Part shown: positions 1-13,221 of the stretch, piece by piece | Numbering within the stretch: position 1 is the first letter of the stretch | Layout: every line of letters begins with the position of its first letter | Assembly (NCBI GenBank): GCA_021432655.1 | Contig: MU271312.1 | Location: forward strand, 1-59,136 | Direction: 5' to 3' | From: Atractiella rhizophila | Lineage: Eukaryota | DNA length: 59,136 nucleotides | The notes under the pieces: model-generated | Database searches by the model: none | What the model saw: the letters and a program-made list of their open reading frames with translations, nothing else | What the model was told of the DNA's origin: nothing | Made by a program: the position numbers and the translations under genes

Positions 1-3000
1 GCGAGAGATACAAGCGGGAAGGTCGAAGGCATCGGGTCGGGAAAGAGAGGGTCGGGGATGGGGAGGGTAAGTAATTTGATGAGTGGAGATACATATTCAG
101 GTTCGTTTCCCTCCTTTACCTTGTGGTTATGCGATTCATGAGGAATAACTTGAAGTGGCACAACGCTTCTGGGACTTTTCGGACGTCTTCACTGCGCCGG
201 TCAAGCTCACAATAGCCCTGATCTTTCTCTATGAGTACCCGCTCTCAATTTCCCTCCGTGCCTACAGTCGCTGAGTCCAACGCTAGAGTTCTTGGCCTTG
301 CAAGCTTCGCAGGTGTCGCAGTCGTTCTCCTGGCTTACCTCCTGAACTACCCACTTGCTCGCTGGAACATCAAGTTGACTAGAGGGATGTGGACGGCACG
401 AGACGAGCGGATGACGCTTGTGAACGAACTTATCACCTCGATTCGATTCCTCAAATACATGGGTTGGTCATCCCATTGGAAGGCGAAGGTCCAATCTGCT
501 CGAGACGACGAGCTCAACTGGAGAATCAAACAGAACGTCCTTGGAAGTGCTATATCTTTCATTTGGCTCTGGTTACCTTCTTGCGTCGTATTAGCCGCCT
601 TTTCCACCTTCACCGTTATCCTCAAACAACCCTTGACCGTCTCTAAGGCGTTTGTGGCTATACAGATATTCAGCCAGCTTCAAGCCCCAATGTCCCAGCT
701 CCCGAACGAAATATTTGCTCTCCTGCAGGCATGGGTATCGATGTCCAGAATTCAAGCATACCTCCAGGAGGAAGAAGTGGAGGATTGGGCTTCCGCTGTC
801 AAAGGGGCAGAAGAGTCCTTGGGCTCCGAGGATGGAACGGTTGGTTTCGAGAACGCAAGCTTTAAGTGGCATATCATGGAAAAGGGGAGGGATAAGTCGG
901 AGGTGGAGGAAAGCTTCACACTTGGACCTCTGGACTTGGATTTCAAAGTTGGTGGATTGAACTTGGTATCCGGACCGATCGGAAGCGGGAAGTCCAGTCT
1001 GCTCAGCGCGCTGTTGGGAGAGATCCCAAGGGTGCAAGGAAGGGTGCTTGTCGACAAGAGGAACCATAATGTTGCATATGCAGGCCAACAACCTTTCCTT
1101 GAGTTTGCCTCCATTCGGGAAAACATTGTCTTCCACTCGAGGTGGGATGAACAGAAATATTGGGCTACAGTCAAGGCATGCGCTTTGCAGCCGGACTTGG
1201 ATATGCTGGAAGATGGAGATATGACTGGTACGCGTTCTCGTTTAAGAGCGCAGGTCGCTAACGAGGACTCTAGAGGTCGGCGAGAAAGGTGTCCAGCTCT
1301 CTGGTGGGCTCAAGTTCAACCTTTACAGAAAGAAACAAAACTGACCGAAGCTTAGGTGGTCAAAGAGCACGCATTAGGTACTTTACCACAAATGCAGTCT
1401 TACAGGTGCTGACGACCCCACAGCCTTGCAAGAGCTATATACTCTCAAGCGTCTGTGAGTTGTCACCCATCCCCCACTGCTTTTGTGATCGTGGTTTCAG
1501 TTGATATTGCTCGATGACCCGTAAGATTTCCAATCACGTCAAACTCATTGTAAGAAACGGTTGTGCGCAGGCTTGCAAGTGTCGACATGCACACAGCCAG
1601 GCACATCTTCGAGCATTGCCTTTCTCCCTCAGCCCCCCTCATTGCCGGTCGCACCGTCATCCTAGTCACTCATCATGTTTCTCTCTGCCTGCCAGCTACC
1701 GAATACTTAGTTGAGATGCGGGATGGAAAGGTGATCCGCAAGGGAGACGTTGAGGAACTCAAAAAGCGAGGATCGCTCATCAAAGTAATAGAAGACGAAG
1801 ATATAAGTGAAGAAGAAAGTGGTACTTCATCCGACAAGGCGACACTCGCTGCGAACGACGCGGACGAAGCTGTCAACAGCAAGCCAACAGTGGCGGCGGA
1901 GAGACGGGAAAGGAAAAAGGTCGAGGACACGGAGACGCAAGCGGAAGGTCGAGTGAATTATAGGACATACCTCCTCTACATGAAGGCAGCCGGTTGGATT
2001 TGGTGGACGTTGACTATTATCCTCCTAGTTCTTATCCGACTAATCAACGTCGGCAACCAATTCTACCTTGCGAAATGGACGGAAGCGTATAATGTTGCTC
2101 TGAGAATTGTAGCTTTCTTCATTACTCCATCTCGACGCGTTTATGTTCTCACTTCGGATACCATCCTCTCGGCCGCCTTACCACCTCCCTCAGAGAATGT
2201 TACTCCGTGGATACTCATATATCTTTCTATCTCGGTTCGATTCCGTTTTTCTTTACACCCCTTCAAGGTTGACATCCGCACATAGATGGCCGGCGCATTT
2301 GCAGCTCTGGCTTATATAGTCATCGGTTATGTCTCGTCCCTTCGAGCATCGCGGGTGCTATTCACCTCTATGCTATCCAGCGTTGTTGGATCCCCGACGC
2401 GTTTCTTTGATATATCTCCCACAGGGAGGCTTCTCAACCGTTTTGTCTCTGACATTCGAGCTTTGGATGATGCACTCAACAACTCCTCACGCACAGCGAT
2501 ATCAGGCACCTTCCAGTTTTTGATCAGCTTCGGCGTGATCGTTTACGTTATCCCCATTTTCACCCCATTTGCTCTCGTTATTGCTTTCATGTATATATAC
2601 ATCGCACCTCCATTCGTCAGGACTGCGAGAGACCTCAGGCGTCTTGAGAGCATATCGTTGTCGCCTGCTTTCAGTGGATTTTCCGAACTTCTTTCAGGCC
2701 TCCCTCATATTCGTGGTTATGGAATGGAGATCAAATATCAAGACAGGTTTTATGACCGCGTGGACCTATTTCAAAGCATGGATCATGCATACTGGTTGGC
2801 CCAGATGTGGCTGAGGTCAGTTATCCCCTTTCTTTACGTAGCAGCTCTGAAAAATGATAGGTATCGGTATGATGTGCTCGGATCGCTTGTCGTCTTCATG
2901 ACAACATTATTTGCTTTATGGAGTGAGTTGGATGCGGGGAGAGCAGCCGTTGTGATTGTCCAGAGTGGAGTATTCGCAGATGCTAGTCGACAGTTGGTTA

Positions 3001-4230
3001 AAGTATTGGCACAAGCGGAACTTGACTTTAATTGTGAGTCGCTATCTTTCGAATCGTTATCCTGAGTGAACAGCCCGATGATAGCAATTGAGAGGATCAA
3101 GGAATATCTAGACTTAGTCCAAGAAGCTCCAGCTCAACGTCCAGAAACACGCCTGCCTGCTCACTGGCCTTCAACTTCTGGCGGGATCGATGTGGAGAAC
3201 CTTTCCGTTCGATATTCCCCTGACCTCCCGATGGTGCTCAAAGGTATCAGCTTCTCTGTCAAACCAGGGGAGAAAGTTGGAGTCGTGGGAAGGTACTTGA
3301 ATTCTGTATTGCATCCCCCCCGACTTACTCATTTTGCTGTAGGACTGGTAGCGGGAAAAGCACACTTGCTATGGCGTTATTGAGGATCGTAGAACCTATG
3401 AGCGGTCGGATTTTGTGAGATTTTTTGCTCATGTCATTCCGACTTCCTCAAGGTTCCTGTGACAGGTTGGATGGAATCGATGTCTCCACAGTCGGTTTGG
3501 ATGACCTTCGGAACGCGATTGTGTGTTGTTGTTGTTGCTTGTCACAATCTGCTGCCAACTGATTGATCGTTTGGCTTAGACCATAATCTCTCAAGATGTA
3601 TCCCTTTTCGCAGGAACTGTTCGCTCCAACCTTGACCCATTTGATGAACATGAAGACAAGGAGATTTGGGATGTTCTCCGCCTTTGCCATCTCGCACCAC
3701 CTCCTTCCTCCAACCCCGCAGCACCAACCACAAAATCGGCGATCATAACCTCTCTTGATCAGCCAGTCTCAGCTGGTGGCGCTTCTTTTTCTGCAGGAGA
3801 ACGCCAGCTTATCGCGTTGTCACGGGCGATGTTGAGAAGAAGCGGTTTTATAATACTTGACGAAGCATCATCGAGCATAGACCTAGACACGGACAACAAG
3901 GTTTCTCTTTCTTCGTCTATCGCTTGTTGTAGCGCGCTAATCGCGTCGCGCAGATCCAAAAAACGATAAGGAACGAGCTGGGAGACACCCTCGTCCTCAC
4001 AATCGCACATCGTCTAATCACAGTAGCTGGTTCGTCTCTACCTTCCCCATGTCGCCTAGGCCTAATGCCTCGATCCAGATTATGACCGTATCCTCGTCCT
4101 GTCGGCAGGGGAGATCCTTGAATTCGACACTCCTCGCAATCTATTCGCGAACAAAAATAGCGTTTTCAGAGAATTGTGCATGCGGTCGGCAGACTGGGAA
4201 GCACTCTCCAAAATACTGAATGGCTCATAA
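1..4230 (+). CDS. ABCC/MRP-type ABC transporter, multi-exon, 5' end outside window
   Basis: TMD1-NBD1-TMD2-NBD2 order across ORFs 231-1355, 1563-2285, 2286-3065, 3066-3383 and later exons. Walker A GPIGSGKSS; second NBD with VGR|TGSGKST, FSAGERQL, LDEASSSID, TIAHRL. Many short GT-AG introns; stop TAA at 4228-4230. Confidence 0.95.
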
Positions 4231-4334
4231 CTTGAACTTCGTGGGCCACAGTGCACAGATAGAGTCTGTAATGGAATAAAAATACAATTTTGCAACATCT
4301 ATGCGTTGGATAAGTTTGAAACAAATGTCCAAGT

Positions 4335-6071
4335 TTACAAATCTCGGTCAACCCTCATTTCCTCCGCCTCCCCTTTGGTGGTCCCGAAGACCCTCTCTTT
4401 TTCGCCTTCTGTCAGGCCATAACCCCTCTCTAATTTTGCCAAACACGGAGCTTGAAACAAGGAGCCTTTCACGAACCCAACAACAGTTGGACCGATGACC
4501 ACAACAAAGAAGAATCCTACGGTAGCCGTCATTATCGTTCCCAAAGCGCTACTTCCAGTCAGCGAGGCTCCGGGGACGGGAGAAGGAAAGAGCTTACTTG
4601 AAAAAAGGGCTTTTGAATGTATCGCCCAATCCGAAAGTGAGGAGAGTCATACTGCCTATGGGAAAGGTGAAGCTCCACCATCCAATGGAGAACTCGATGC
4701 CGCTCCTTCCTCCTTTGCCCTCTGCTCCGCCGACGCACTCTCTACCTTCTCCCTCCGCTCCCCACAAAAACCTGGGAAGCAACGTTGCCGCAGCGAGAGC
4801 AAACCACCACATCCCCAATCCCCAAAATAAGAGGCTTAAAACTGCACCTGCGCCATACATGGCTTTTCCAAGCTCTCGAAGCCCTTCATCACTATTTTCA
4901 GCAAATAGGGAAGCGGCGTCCTTTCCCAGGCGCAGGAGAGAGAAGCCGCCTTGTCCACATGGCCCGAGAGGAAGGAAGACTGTGAGAAGCAACGAAGGTG
5001 CGGGGAGATGATGATGTGCAAGTCGTTGAAAGTAGAGCGTGAGGATGGAATAGGCTAAGAGAAGCCCTATGCCGAGGACGGCGTAAGAGGCGAGGAGGAT
5101 TACAAGGGCATAAGTTGCGTGCCCTTCGGCGTGCAAAGCAGGTATGATGCCTGATCCGGAGGCAGCAATCGTGATCGGTGGGACTGTGATATTACAATGT
5201 TATATGACGCGCCGAACGCTTTTGAGCGAGATCAGAGGGACTGACCGATAGGTAGAAGCCAAAGCGCGGTCATCCCCTCTGGTTTATGCGACTGTCGAGT
5301 ACTCATGAAAAATGGTACGCCAACGACTGTCAGAACAGCTAATGTCCCGGCAATCCACCAGAGTGTTGAGGTGACAATAGTGACATGTGGAAGAGAGTAG
5401 GAGTGGCCAAGCTGATGAATCCCAGTTACTATCGTCCTGTGCTACGGAGTTGAGTGAAACTTGAAATTGGGGAGATGCAAAAGCTTACACTAGACCCATC
5501 TATTTATGCGATGGACTGTCTCTCAGTATGTTTAAGAAGTAGACTAAAGAATAACTTGCTGGTATAGTCTGCCAAATGTCGTTAGGTCCGAATGGGAAAG
5601 AGAGGGGAAACATACACCAAGAAACATGCTATGGACCTCGTTGGAAACTAAAGCTGGTAGCAGCTTGGGAAACATGACGTATCGTGCGATAGTGAAGAAT
5701 GTGAAAAGTGCGGCGAATGCAAGATTGATCACGAAAATGACGGTAGAAATGATCCGTAGAACACCGTGGGTGTCGTATGGTATGTCGACTGTGATTCGAA
5801 CACTTAATACTGCTTGAAAGCATGGAAACAGCAAGGAAGCGACGCACAAATGAGATTTGAAAGTATGCCAGTGCCCATGATTACACTATCAACCCACCAT
5901 CAGTCGCCGATAAGACGAACAAGAAGCTTGTGAAAGCACAGCGGAAATTAAGCTGCTCTGTGTGCTAAAGACGAGAAGACAGAGAAGTTTGAGCTTGTTT
6001 GCACGAGTGTAAAACAAATTACTACTGACTGTGCCCATGCGGAAGCAGCCCTCCTCCATCAAAATCCTCAT
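4335..6071 (-). CDS. TDT/SLAC1-family anion transporter (SSU1 sulfite efflux / Mae1-like), multi-exon; start uncertain
   Basis: Family motifs VIMGTGI, HSMFLG, FLPLGPCGQGGF, FSIGWWSFTFPIG and C-terminal FQAPCL in minus-strand exons. Convergent with the ABC gene. Confidence 0.85.
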
Positions 6072-8505
6072 CTATCCTAACAATTAAGGCTATCTTGGAA
6101 TCATTGAACGATCAGAGTCATTGAGAAACAACTTATAGTAAGACATCACCTGTCATGCAGGTTTGTTTTTGTTGAACTTGGAACGCAGGTGAGAACCAAA
6201 ACAATGTTGAGATCAGTCGGGGACATATTGTCCTTCTCTTACATTTTTTCAGAGCAACTCAATGAAATAAAGAGTTTGACAAACAATAACACAATAAGGA
6301 GTACATCACCGCAGCATTGCTGGTAGCGAAACATAGGAATCAAAGGACCAGCGATTCGGATCGAAGAATGCACTTCTGCCCCGTTTTGCATAATGGCGGA
6401 CCATTCTGATCAAATAGGGCATAAGCATAATCAAATGACAGTTGAAATGACAGGTTGACATTTGCGAAGCTAGAATAGGTCATCCAAACTTCTGCGGGGA
6501 AGCAGACTGGGGCCCCTCAGAGGAGGATGCAAGGAGAGGACATGAGATAGCCACTCGTGAGACAGCTTGGTGATGAAGAGAATCACCGCGCACAGTCTTC
6601 CAGATTCATGAAATGCCCTTAACTATACAAATATGTAAAATTGGACGTGATGTCCAAATAGAAACCCGAGATATTCCACTCAATCCAAGCAAAGAGCTTA
6701 CCTCCACCAGCCAGGCGTAAACCTCAGTATTCGATTCCTAATCCCCCATGCAGGCTGCGAGATATAGTAAGGGTTGGCAGAATCCATCTTTTGTGGTTGC
6801 TCTACGTTGAAATCGATGTGGCAATGGCAATGGCGATAATTTGAGAAACTTCAGAAGAGTGATCGTTTTGTAAACGCGTCGAGGCAGCATGACTCTTGCT
6901 GACGCACACAGTTTTGAGAGACATCGCCGGAAGTGGCTTATAGTAGACGGGGTACAGGCCCTGTACAGGCTATCTTCTTTCCCAGCTTCAGCTTCACTAT
7001 TCTGGGACTGCTGAGTGAGGGAGAGTGTGAGTGTCCTTAGTCAACTACGTGCGTGTGATGCTCCGATCCTGTTGATTGTTAAGGTGTTGGCATAAATGTG
7101 TAGGCCAACCTGAATGAAATATGAAAGATGGTGTCGATGCCCGTCGACATCGATATAATAGTGATCCCTGCTTCTGCGCTTCTCATTTGCATCTGCCGTG
7201 GGCGCCGTGCGTTCACCCAGCTCATTCAAACACACATACACAGGCATGGCTGCCTCCGCGCCTCACTTCGCCAGAAGTCTGGGAGAGGTACTCAGCGCAG
7301 TGCACGTTAAGCACTCTGCGTAGAACACATTCTAAGGGCTACAAGGCAAGGCGTAACCAAAAGACGCTGGAAGGGTATTGGAAAGAAGAGTGAGGAATAC
7401 GAAGTGGCACAATTAGGTGAGCGTATGGCGGTGGCGATGGAGATGGTGACGAATGGGACAATTTGGGGAGGATGAAGACGAGTTCTGGAGGAGGTGTATG
7501 CTGAGACGTGTAAGAGGATCTTGAGCCGTGCCTCCATCTCTGACTATTCGATACGAATATTCTAAGAGACTGTTCGATGGAGGGAAGGGAATGAGGAAGA
7601 AGCCCAAATCTACATATGACGGCGACATTCCCAGCATTCCGCTTTCCATTCTTTCGGCGAACAGCTATGAGGAGAAATGGTGTTCATGGAACTTGACTAA
7701 ATCATGAAGAATGGGGCAGATCCTCCAACTTGCTCCAACTGACTCCAAAGCTAAAGCATAAAGTCATGATATCCATGGATGCATAATGCCGTATCAGGAC
7801 CAGTGCGGATACTACACTACTAGTACTAGTAGCAGCCGTCACTTTTGGCAGATTGTAATATCCTGTCATCCCTGCCATCATTCTAGCAAATGTAAGCCTG
7901 AGCCATGCATTTTCGGAATGTGGGATAGAATATTGAGATTAAATGAATCAGGGTTTCTGGAACCCAGCTCTCTCTGCATCAATCGACAAACACTCTCTGC
8001 ACCTCTCATGCTGTCAGGGAGAGCAAGTTGTTCCTGGATTTCGCGTATCGAGTGTCAAGTGCAAGTGCCAGCAGTTGGTTGTTACGACTACACGATCAGT
8101 AGAAGAAAGTCTCGCCTGTGAGTCTTTATTGACCCTGGCCTTGTCGATGCAGAAATCGTTTGGTTTTGTTCTCTTCGGTTCATCATGCCATCCCTCTTTC
8201 CCATTGCACTCGTTCCTCCGTCTTGCAATTTGATAGACTGTTCAAGTTGCCCTAAGCTTATCTCCTCTCCTTATCCTCGCATCCTCAATTTGGATTTCTT
8301 TCAGGCAATCGTATGTACGGGTCTTTGCTGCTCTGCCGTATTCCTTCTTTCGTCTTCTTCTTCACAGTCAGTTTCAAGTATCCTTTCGCTGCTCTCACTC
8401 CTCGTAGCTCTAGTCCAGATCTGACATGAATTTCCTCAGTTTCGTCTCACGTTTAACAAGGAGTTCTGGATCAATAGTCATCGATTTCATCTCGTGCTCT
8501 GAGCG

Positions 8506-11500
8506 ATGGACGTCTCAGTCATCGGAAAGACGCCTAAGCCTTCTTCATCAAGCCCCAGCGACCATGAAGATCCTGGGAATATGTATGACGACGACAATGC
8601 ATTCAGCACCGATTCACGACAAGTTCCTCCTCCTCATGAAAGCGCTGTAGTTCGAAATTTTTCGGTATTGCAGCTCTACTCTCAACCCTGCCGTTTCTTG
8701 AGCGCCAAACCAACAATTTTTGGTCCACAATTTTGCTTCCTATCGTATACCGCACCACCCGTTGCCTCTACAGCTGCTACTTCTACACCTTTCTCATCCC
8801 CTAGCCCCTCCCCAGTTCAAATTGTCAAGATTTTCAAAGTCCCCGAGAATGTCAAGAAGACAAACGACCAAGGCATCAGAATCCTCGCTGTTGACAACGG
8901 CGGGATCTGTACCTTTTCCACGCTTTACACGCTCGAAGTCGTCATGCTCCAAGTTGGAGAACTCCTCGGAGCTTCCGAAGGAGAGGAAGTACGGCCGTGC
9001 GATGTTTTCGATCTCATCTGCGGCACGTCCACTGGCGGATGGATCGCCCTCACGCTGGGACGATTAGGAATGACTGTTCGACAATCCATCAACGCGTATG
9101 AGCAAATCGTCCAGAATGTCTTTTCCGAAGAAGCTCCACTGTCGACAGAAGGCTACGCCTACTCTGCAGAGAAGCTCGAAGATGTCTTCCGCGAGATCAT
9201 TTCAGGACATGTTCCGTCGTCCGCATCGACCTCTCAACTTCCTATGAAGGACGACGCGATCAAAGATAGATGCAGAACTTTCGTCGTGTCAAGATACGAA
9301 TCAAATGCAGTTGTTTCAACAGAGATGCGCACCTACGACGGCCTCGATGCAGTTCACCGTGCTGCTCGATGTACAGTGTTGGAAGCAGCAAGAGCAACTT
9401 CCTCTGCCCCTAAATTCTTTCCTCCTATCATCATCGACAAAGTGAAATATGTTGCCATTGGGAACAACAACCCAGCGGCAATAGCGATTGACGAGTCCAA
9501 GCGTATTTGGGGAGAAGGAAGCCAAGTCGCCTGTCTCGTCTCTCTGGGGTCAGGGATCGCGCCTGCTGTCAAGTTGGGTTCTGCTAAAGGCGAGATTGAA
9601 GTCGCTGTGAAGACCATTGTCGAAGATTGTTCCCAGGTAGCTGATCAGCTGAAAATGAGGATGCAGGCTAGCAGTCTAGGTCATCGCTACCACCGCTTTT
9701 CAGTACACACGATGGGAGGTATCAAGTGGGAGGAGTGGGAGCGAACGGAGGACGTCGTGGGCCGTACGAAGGCTTATATGGAAGTAATGGGTTACGAAGC
9801 GCGTAATGCTGCTGAATGTCTCGTACAGGGTGTGTTCTCTTCCCTCTTGTGAAGAAACCATGTTTGATGTTCTTTTAGTATGCAGTGAACGGATTACAAT
9901 TCGTCGACGGTTGTCGTTACCACCTCCAGGCTCTTGCTTTGGGCGCGAACCCGAGATCGAACTTGTCAAAAAAGCTATACTTAATGGCTGCCACGTTGCG
10001 ATTGTGGGCGGAGCTGGAAACGGCAAATCCACCGTTGCACTCTACACCGTGCACTGCGATGAGATCGAGCAGTCCTTCACGGATCTGACACGGGGCACTG
10101 GAGAAGATCTCCGCTTCTGGGTTTGCTGCGACAACTTCCACACCTTTTCCAGGCTTTCTGATCACATCTGTAACGACATCTTCGCACTGGCAAAGTCTAG
10201 CAAAACATCGTTAGAGATCGTGGCAGATTTTTTCGGAAGTCGAAGATGCCTTCTGGTTTTGGACAATTTTGAAACTCCCCTTCATGGTGACAAGGACAAC
10301 AAACAAAACTTCTTTCGAACTCTTCTTTCGAAAAACTCAGCTGGGTCAGTGCTTGTGGTAGCTCATCGCGGACATCAAGTGGAATCGTTAGACGTCAAGG
10401 CTGATAGACCTGTCAAGTTTCTCAAGGTCTTAGTTGGAGGTTTGCCGAAAGAAGGTTCCTTTGCACTCTTCGCAAACGCATATCACAGAGAAGACGAGCT
10501 CGTGCGGCCCGTAATCGAACGCGCGATTGAAAAACTAGACTTCCACGCTCTATCAATCAAACTATTCGCTCTACGTGCCCAGGAGGATTTAACCATGACA
10601 CTTGAAGAATTAACGGACGAGTGGGAGGAGAAAAAGACAGAAGTTTTATGGGATGAAGACAGCAAAGAGGTGATCACTCTCAAAACGTCTATATGGTTCT
10701 CTCTCAAATCTCCAGCTCTCAAACAGCAGGGGGAACGAGGTATTTTTGCCCTGGCTCTCCTGTCATGGGCCCCTGATGGTCTTTCCCTTGAAGATTTATC
10801 AGCGCTCATTTCCAACGCTTATGGAGCTCAGGGTATCTACAAGGTTATTGCTGTGATTTCAAAGATCGGGCTTGCCGATGAGCTCAACAGCTCTTTTCGC
10901 CGTCTACGGATGCTCGCTCCCATTCGCGAATACCTCAACAACCTTGTCTCTCTTTGCAAACCACCATTTTCGATGACTGTCACTTTGTCACTCCAGCCTC
11001 TCGCAAACCATCTCATGTGGAAAGCTGAGAAGCTTATTAAAGAGTACGAACATGCCAAGGTTGATAATGCACTGTTTCTCTTCCGCGAACAATATGCAAA
11101 TCTCGAGCATGTCCTGCTAGCAGGTATGGTAAACCTATCAGACCCTATATCATTTGTCCACCGCTTGGATGACATGTCAGAGTTCCTACGCCTGAAACAC
11201 TACCTCTCGACTTCGCTCTTCCAACATGCGGTGTGTGCAGTGGAGACAGCGCTGGGAGTACAGGCTTTTTCTAAGGAGACGCACTGTAACTTGTTAATAC
11301 TGAAGCGTTTGCTAATGGAGTCACTTGGTTATTCTTTTTATAACCAGGGTATCAACAAGGATGCAGTGATAACGTTTGAAAAGGCAAAGTTGCTGTATTG
11401 TGAAGTGCGAGATCAGCATGGCCAGGCTCGCTGCATTTACTGCTTAGGGTTAGTCAATTTTCAATCTGGCCGTAACGAGGATGCATTGAAGGCATTGGAG

Positions 11501-13066
11501 GAGGCGAAGTTGATCTTTCAGGGGGTGGGAGATCGACAGGCACAAGCCAACTGTGTCTTAAATATCGGAAAGATCAATTTCCATTGTGGCCAGAATGAGG
11601 ATGCCCTGAAGGCATTCGAGGAGGCGAAGGTGGTCTATGGGGATGTGGGACATCGGCGAGGTGAAGCCAACTGTATCACAAATGTCGGGAGGATCCATCT
11701 TCGATGCGGCCGGAATGAGGACGCGCTGACGGCGTTTGAGGAGGCGAAGGTGGTCTATAGGGAAATTAGATATAGAATGGGTCAGGCCAACTGCATCTTC
11801 AACATTGGAAAGATCGATTTCATTTGTGGCAGGAACGAGGACGCACTGAAGGCGTTCGAAGAGGCAAAGGTGGTCTATCGGGAAGTGGCTGATAGACGGA
11901 GTCAAGCTAACTGTGTCTCAAATATTGGAAAGATTGATTTCCATTGTGGCCGGAACAATGATGCACAGAAGGCATTTGAGGAGGCAAGGGTGCTCTATAT
12001 GCAAGTAGGAGATCGACAGGGTCAGGCCAATTGTGTCTCAGATATTGGAGACATCAATTTCCGTTGTCACCGGAACAATGACGCGCAGAAGGCATTCGAG
12101 GAGGCAAAGGTGCTCTATATGCAAGTGGGAGATCGACAGGGCCAGGCCAACTGTATCTTCAGGGTTGGGAAGATATATTTCCGATGCAGGCAGAATGGAG
12201 ACGCGCTGACGGCATTTGAGGAGGCAAAGTTGATCTATCAGGAAGTGGGAGATCGGCAGGGTCAAGCCAACTGTATCTTCAATGTTGGACAGATAGACTC
12301 TCAATGTGACAAGAACAATGACGCACTGAAGGCGTTCGAGCAGGCAAAGGTTATCTATCAGGAAGTGGGAGATAGACAAGGTCGAGCCAATTGTGTGTCA
12401 AATATAGGAGAACTTGATTTACGTTGTGGCCAGAACGAGGATGCGCTGAAGGCATATGAGGATGCGAAGGTGATCTATCTGGAAGTGGGGGATCAAGTAG
12501 GCCAAGCCCACTGTATATCTAAAGTCGGAGAGCTCCATTTTCGATGTGGCCGGAATGAGGATGCGCTGAAGGCATTTGAGGATGCGAAGGTGATCTATCA
12601 GGAAGTGGGGGATCGACTCTGTCAAGCTCACTGTATCTTCGACATCGGAAGGATTGATGTTCAATGTGGACGGAATGAGGATGCACTGAAGCTGTTTGAG
12701 GAGGCCAAGTTGGCCTATCAGGAAGTAGGGGATCAATTGGGTCAAGCTCACTGTATCTTCAACATTGGAGAGATCAAAGTTCGATGTGGACAGAATGAGG
12801 ATGCACTGAAGGCATTTGAAGAGGCGAAGGTGGTCTATCAGGAAGTGGGGGATCGACAAAGAAGGGCCAAATGCATATTTAGTGTTGGGAAGATACATTT
12901 CCTGTGCACACGGAATCAAGATGCACTGAGGGCATTGGAGGAGGCGAAGGTCGCCTATCAGGATCTTGGGGATCGACAAGGCGTGGCAGATTGCTGCCGA
13001 TTAATAGGTGGTGTCTATTTCATCATCTCTTACAAACGTGGACAATGTGTTAGTGCAGGTTGGTAA
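8506..13066 (+). CDS. NLR-type STAND protein: patatin-like domain + NB-ARC-like NTPase + 14 TPR repeats (PLP-1-like architecture), ~1500 aa
   Basis: ORF 8506 has a patatin fold (FDLICGTSTGG, EAARATSSAPKFF, VSLGSG). ORF 9806 has Walker A GGAGNGKST, Walker B LLVLDNFET and a TPR array. Intron 9830-9878 (GTGTGT...TTTTAG, phase 1) joins them in frame (G+TA=Val). Confidence 0.88.
11354..13033 (+). repeat. Coding tandem array of 14 x 120-bp (40-aa) TPR-like units
   Basis: Units recur at exact 120-nt spacing with consensus NEDALKAFEEAKVxYQEVGDRQGQANCIFNIGKIxFxCGR; high nucleotide similarity between units. Confidence 0.95.
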
Positions 13067-13221
13067 ATGAGAGCAGTAATTAACCTTGCTGACTTGGGTC
13101 ATAGACCAATCAGCTCCTTCTAATACCTCACTCCCACAACCTCCCAGTTCCTCTTGAACTGCTCTTCTACATCTTTAAGCTTTGGCTCAGCTTTAGTTAC
13201 AGCATGTCTGCTGTGGCTGTG

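Noticed and set aside
7041..7649. Possible Gti1/Pac2 (WOPR) remnant: IDVDGHRHHLSYF resembles the family's C-terminal HHLxSY motif
   Set aside because: The core RWTDG and WSPSR motifs are absent and the frames are broken; similarity is too short to support without a profile search.
11558..12979. Repetitive minus-strand ORFs (115-186 aa)
   Set aside because: Antisense shadows of the TPR array.
8506..13066. Bacterial Avs-like antiphage gene acquired horizontally
   Set aside because: A spliceosomal intron joins the domains and the architecture is already known in fungi; intron poverty alone does not support HGT without a phylogeny.
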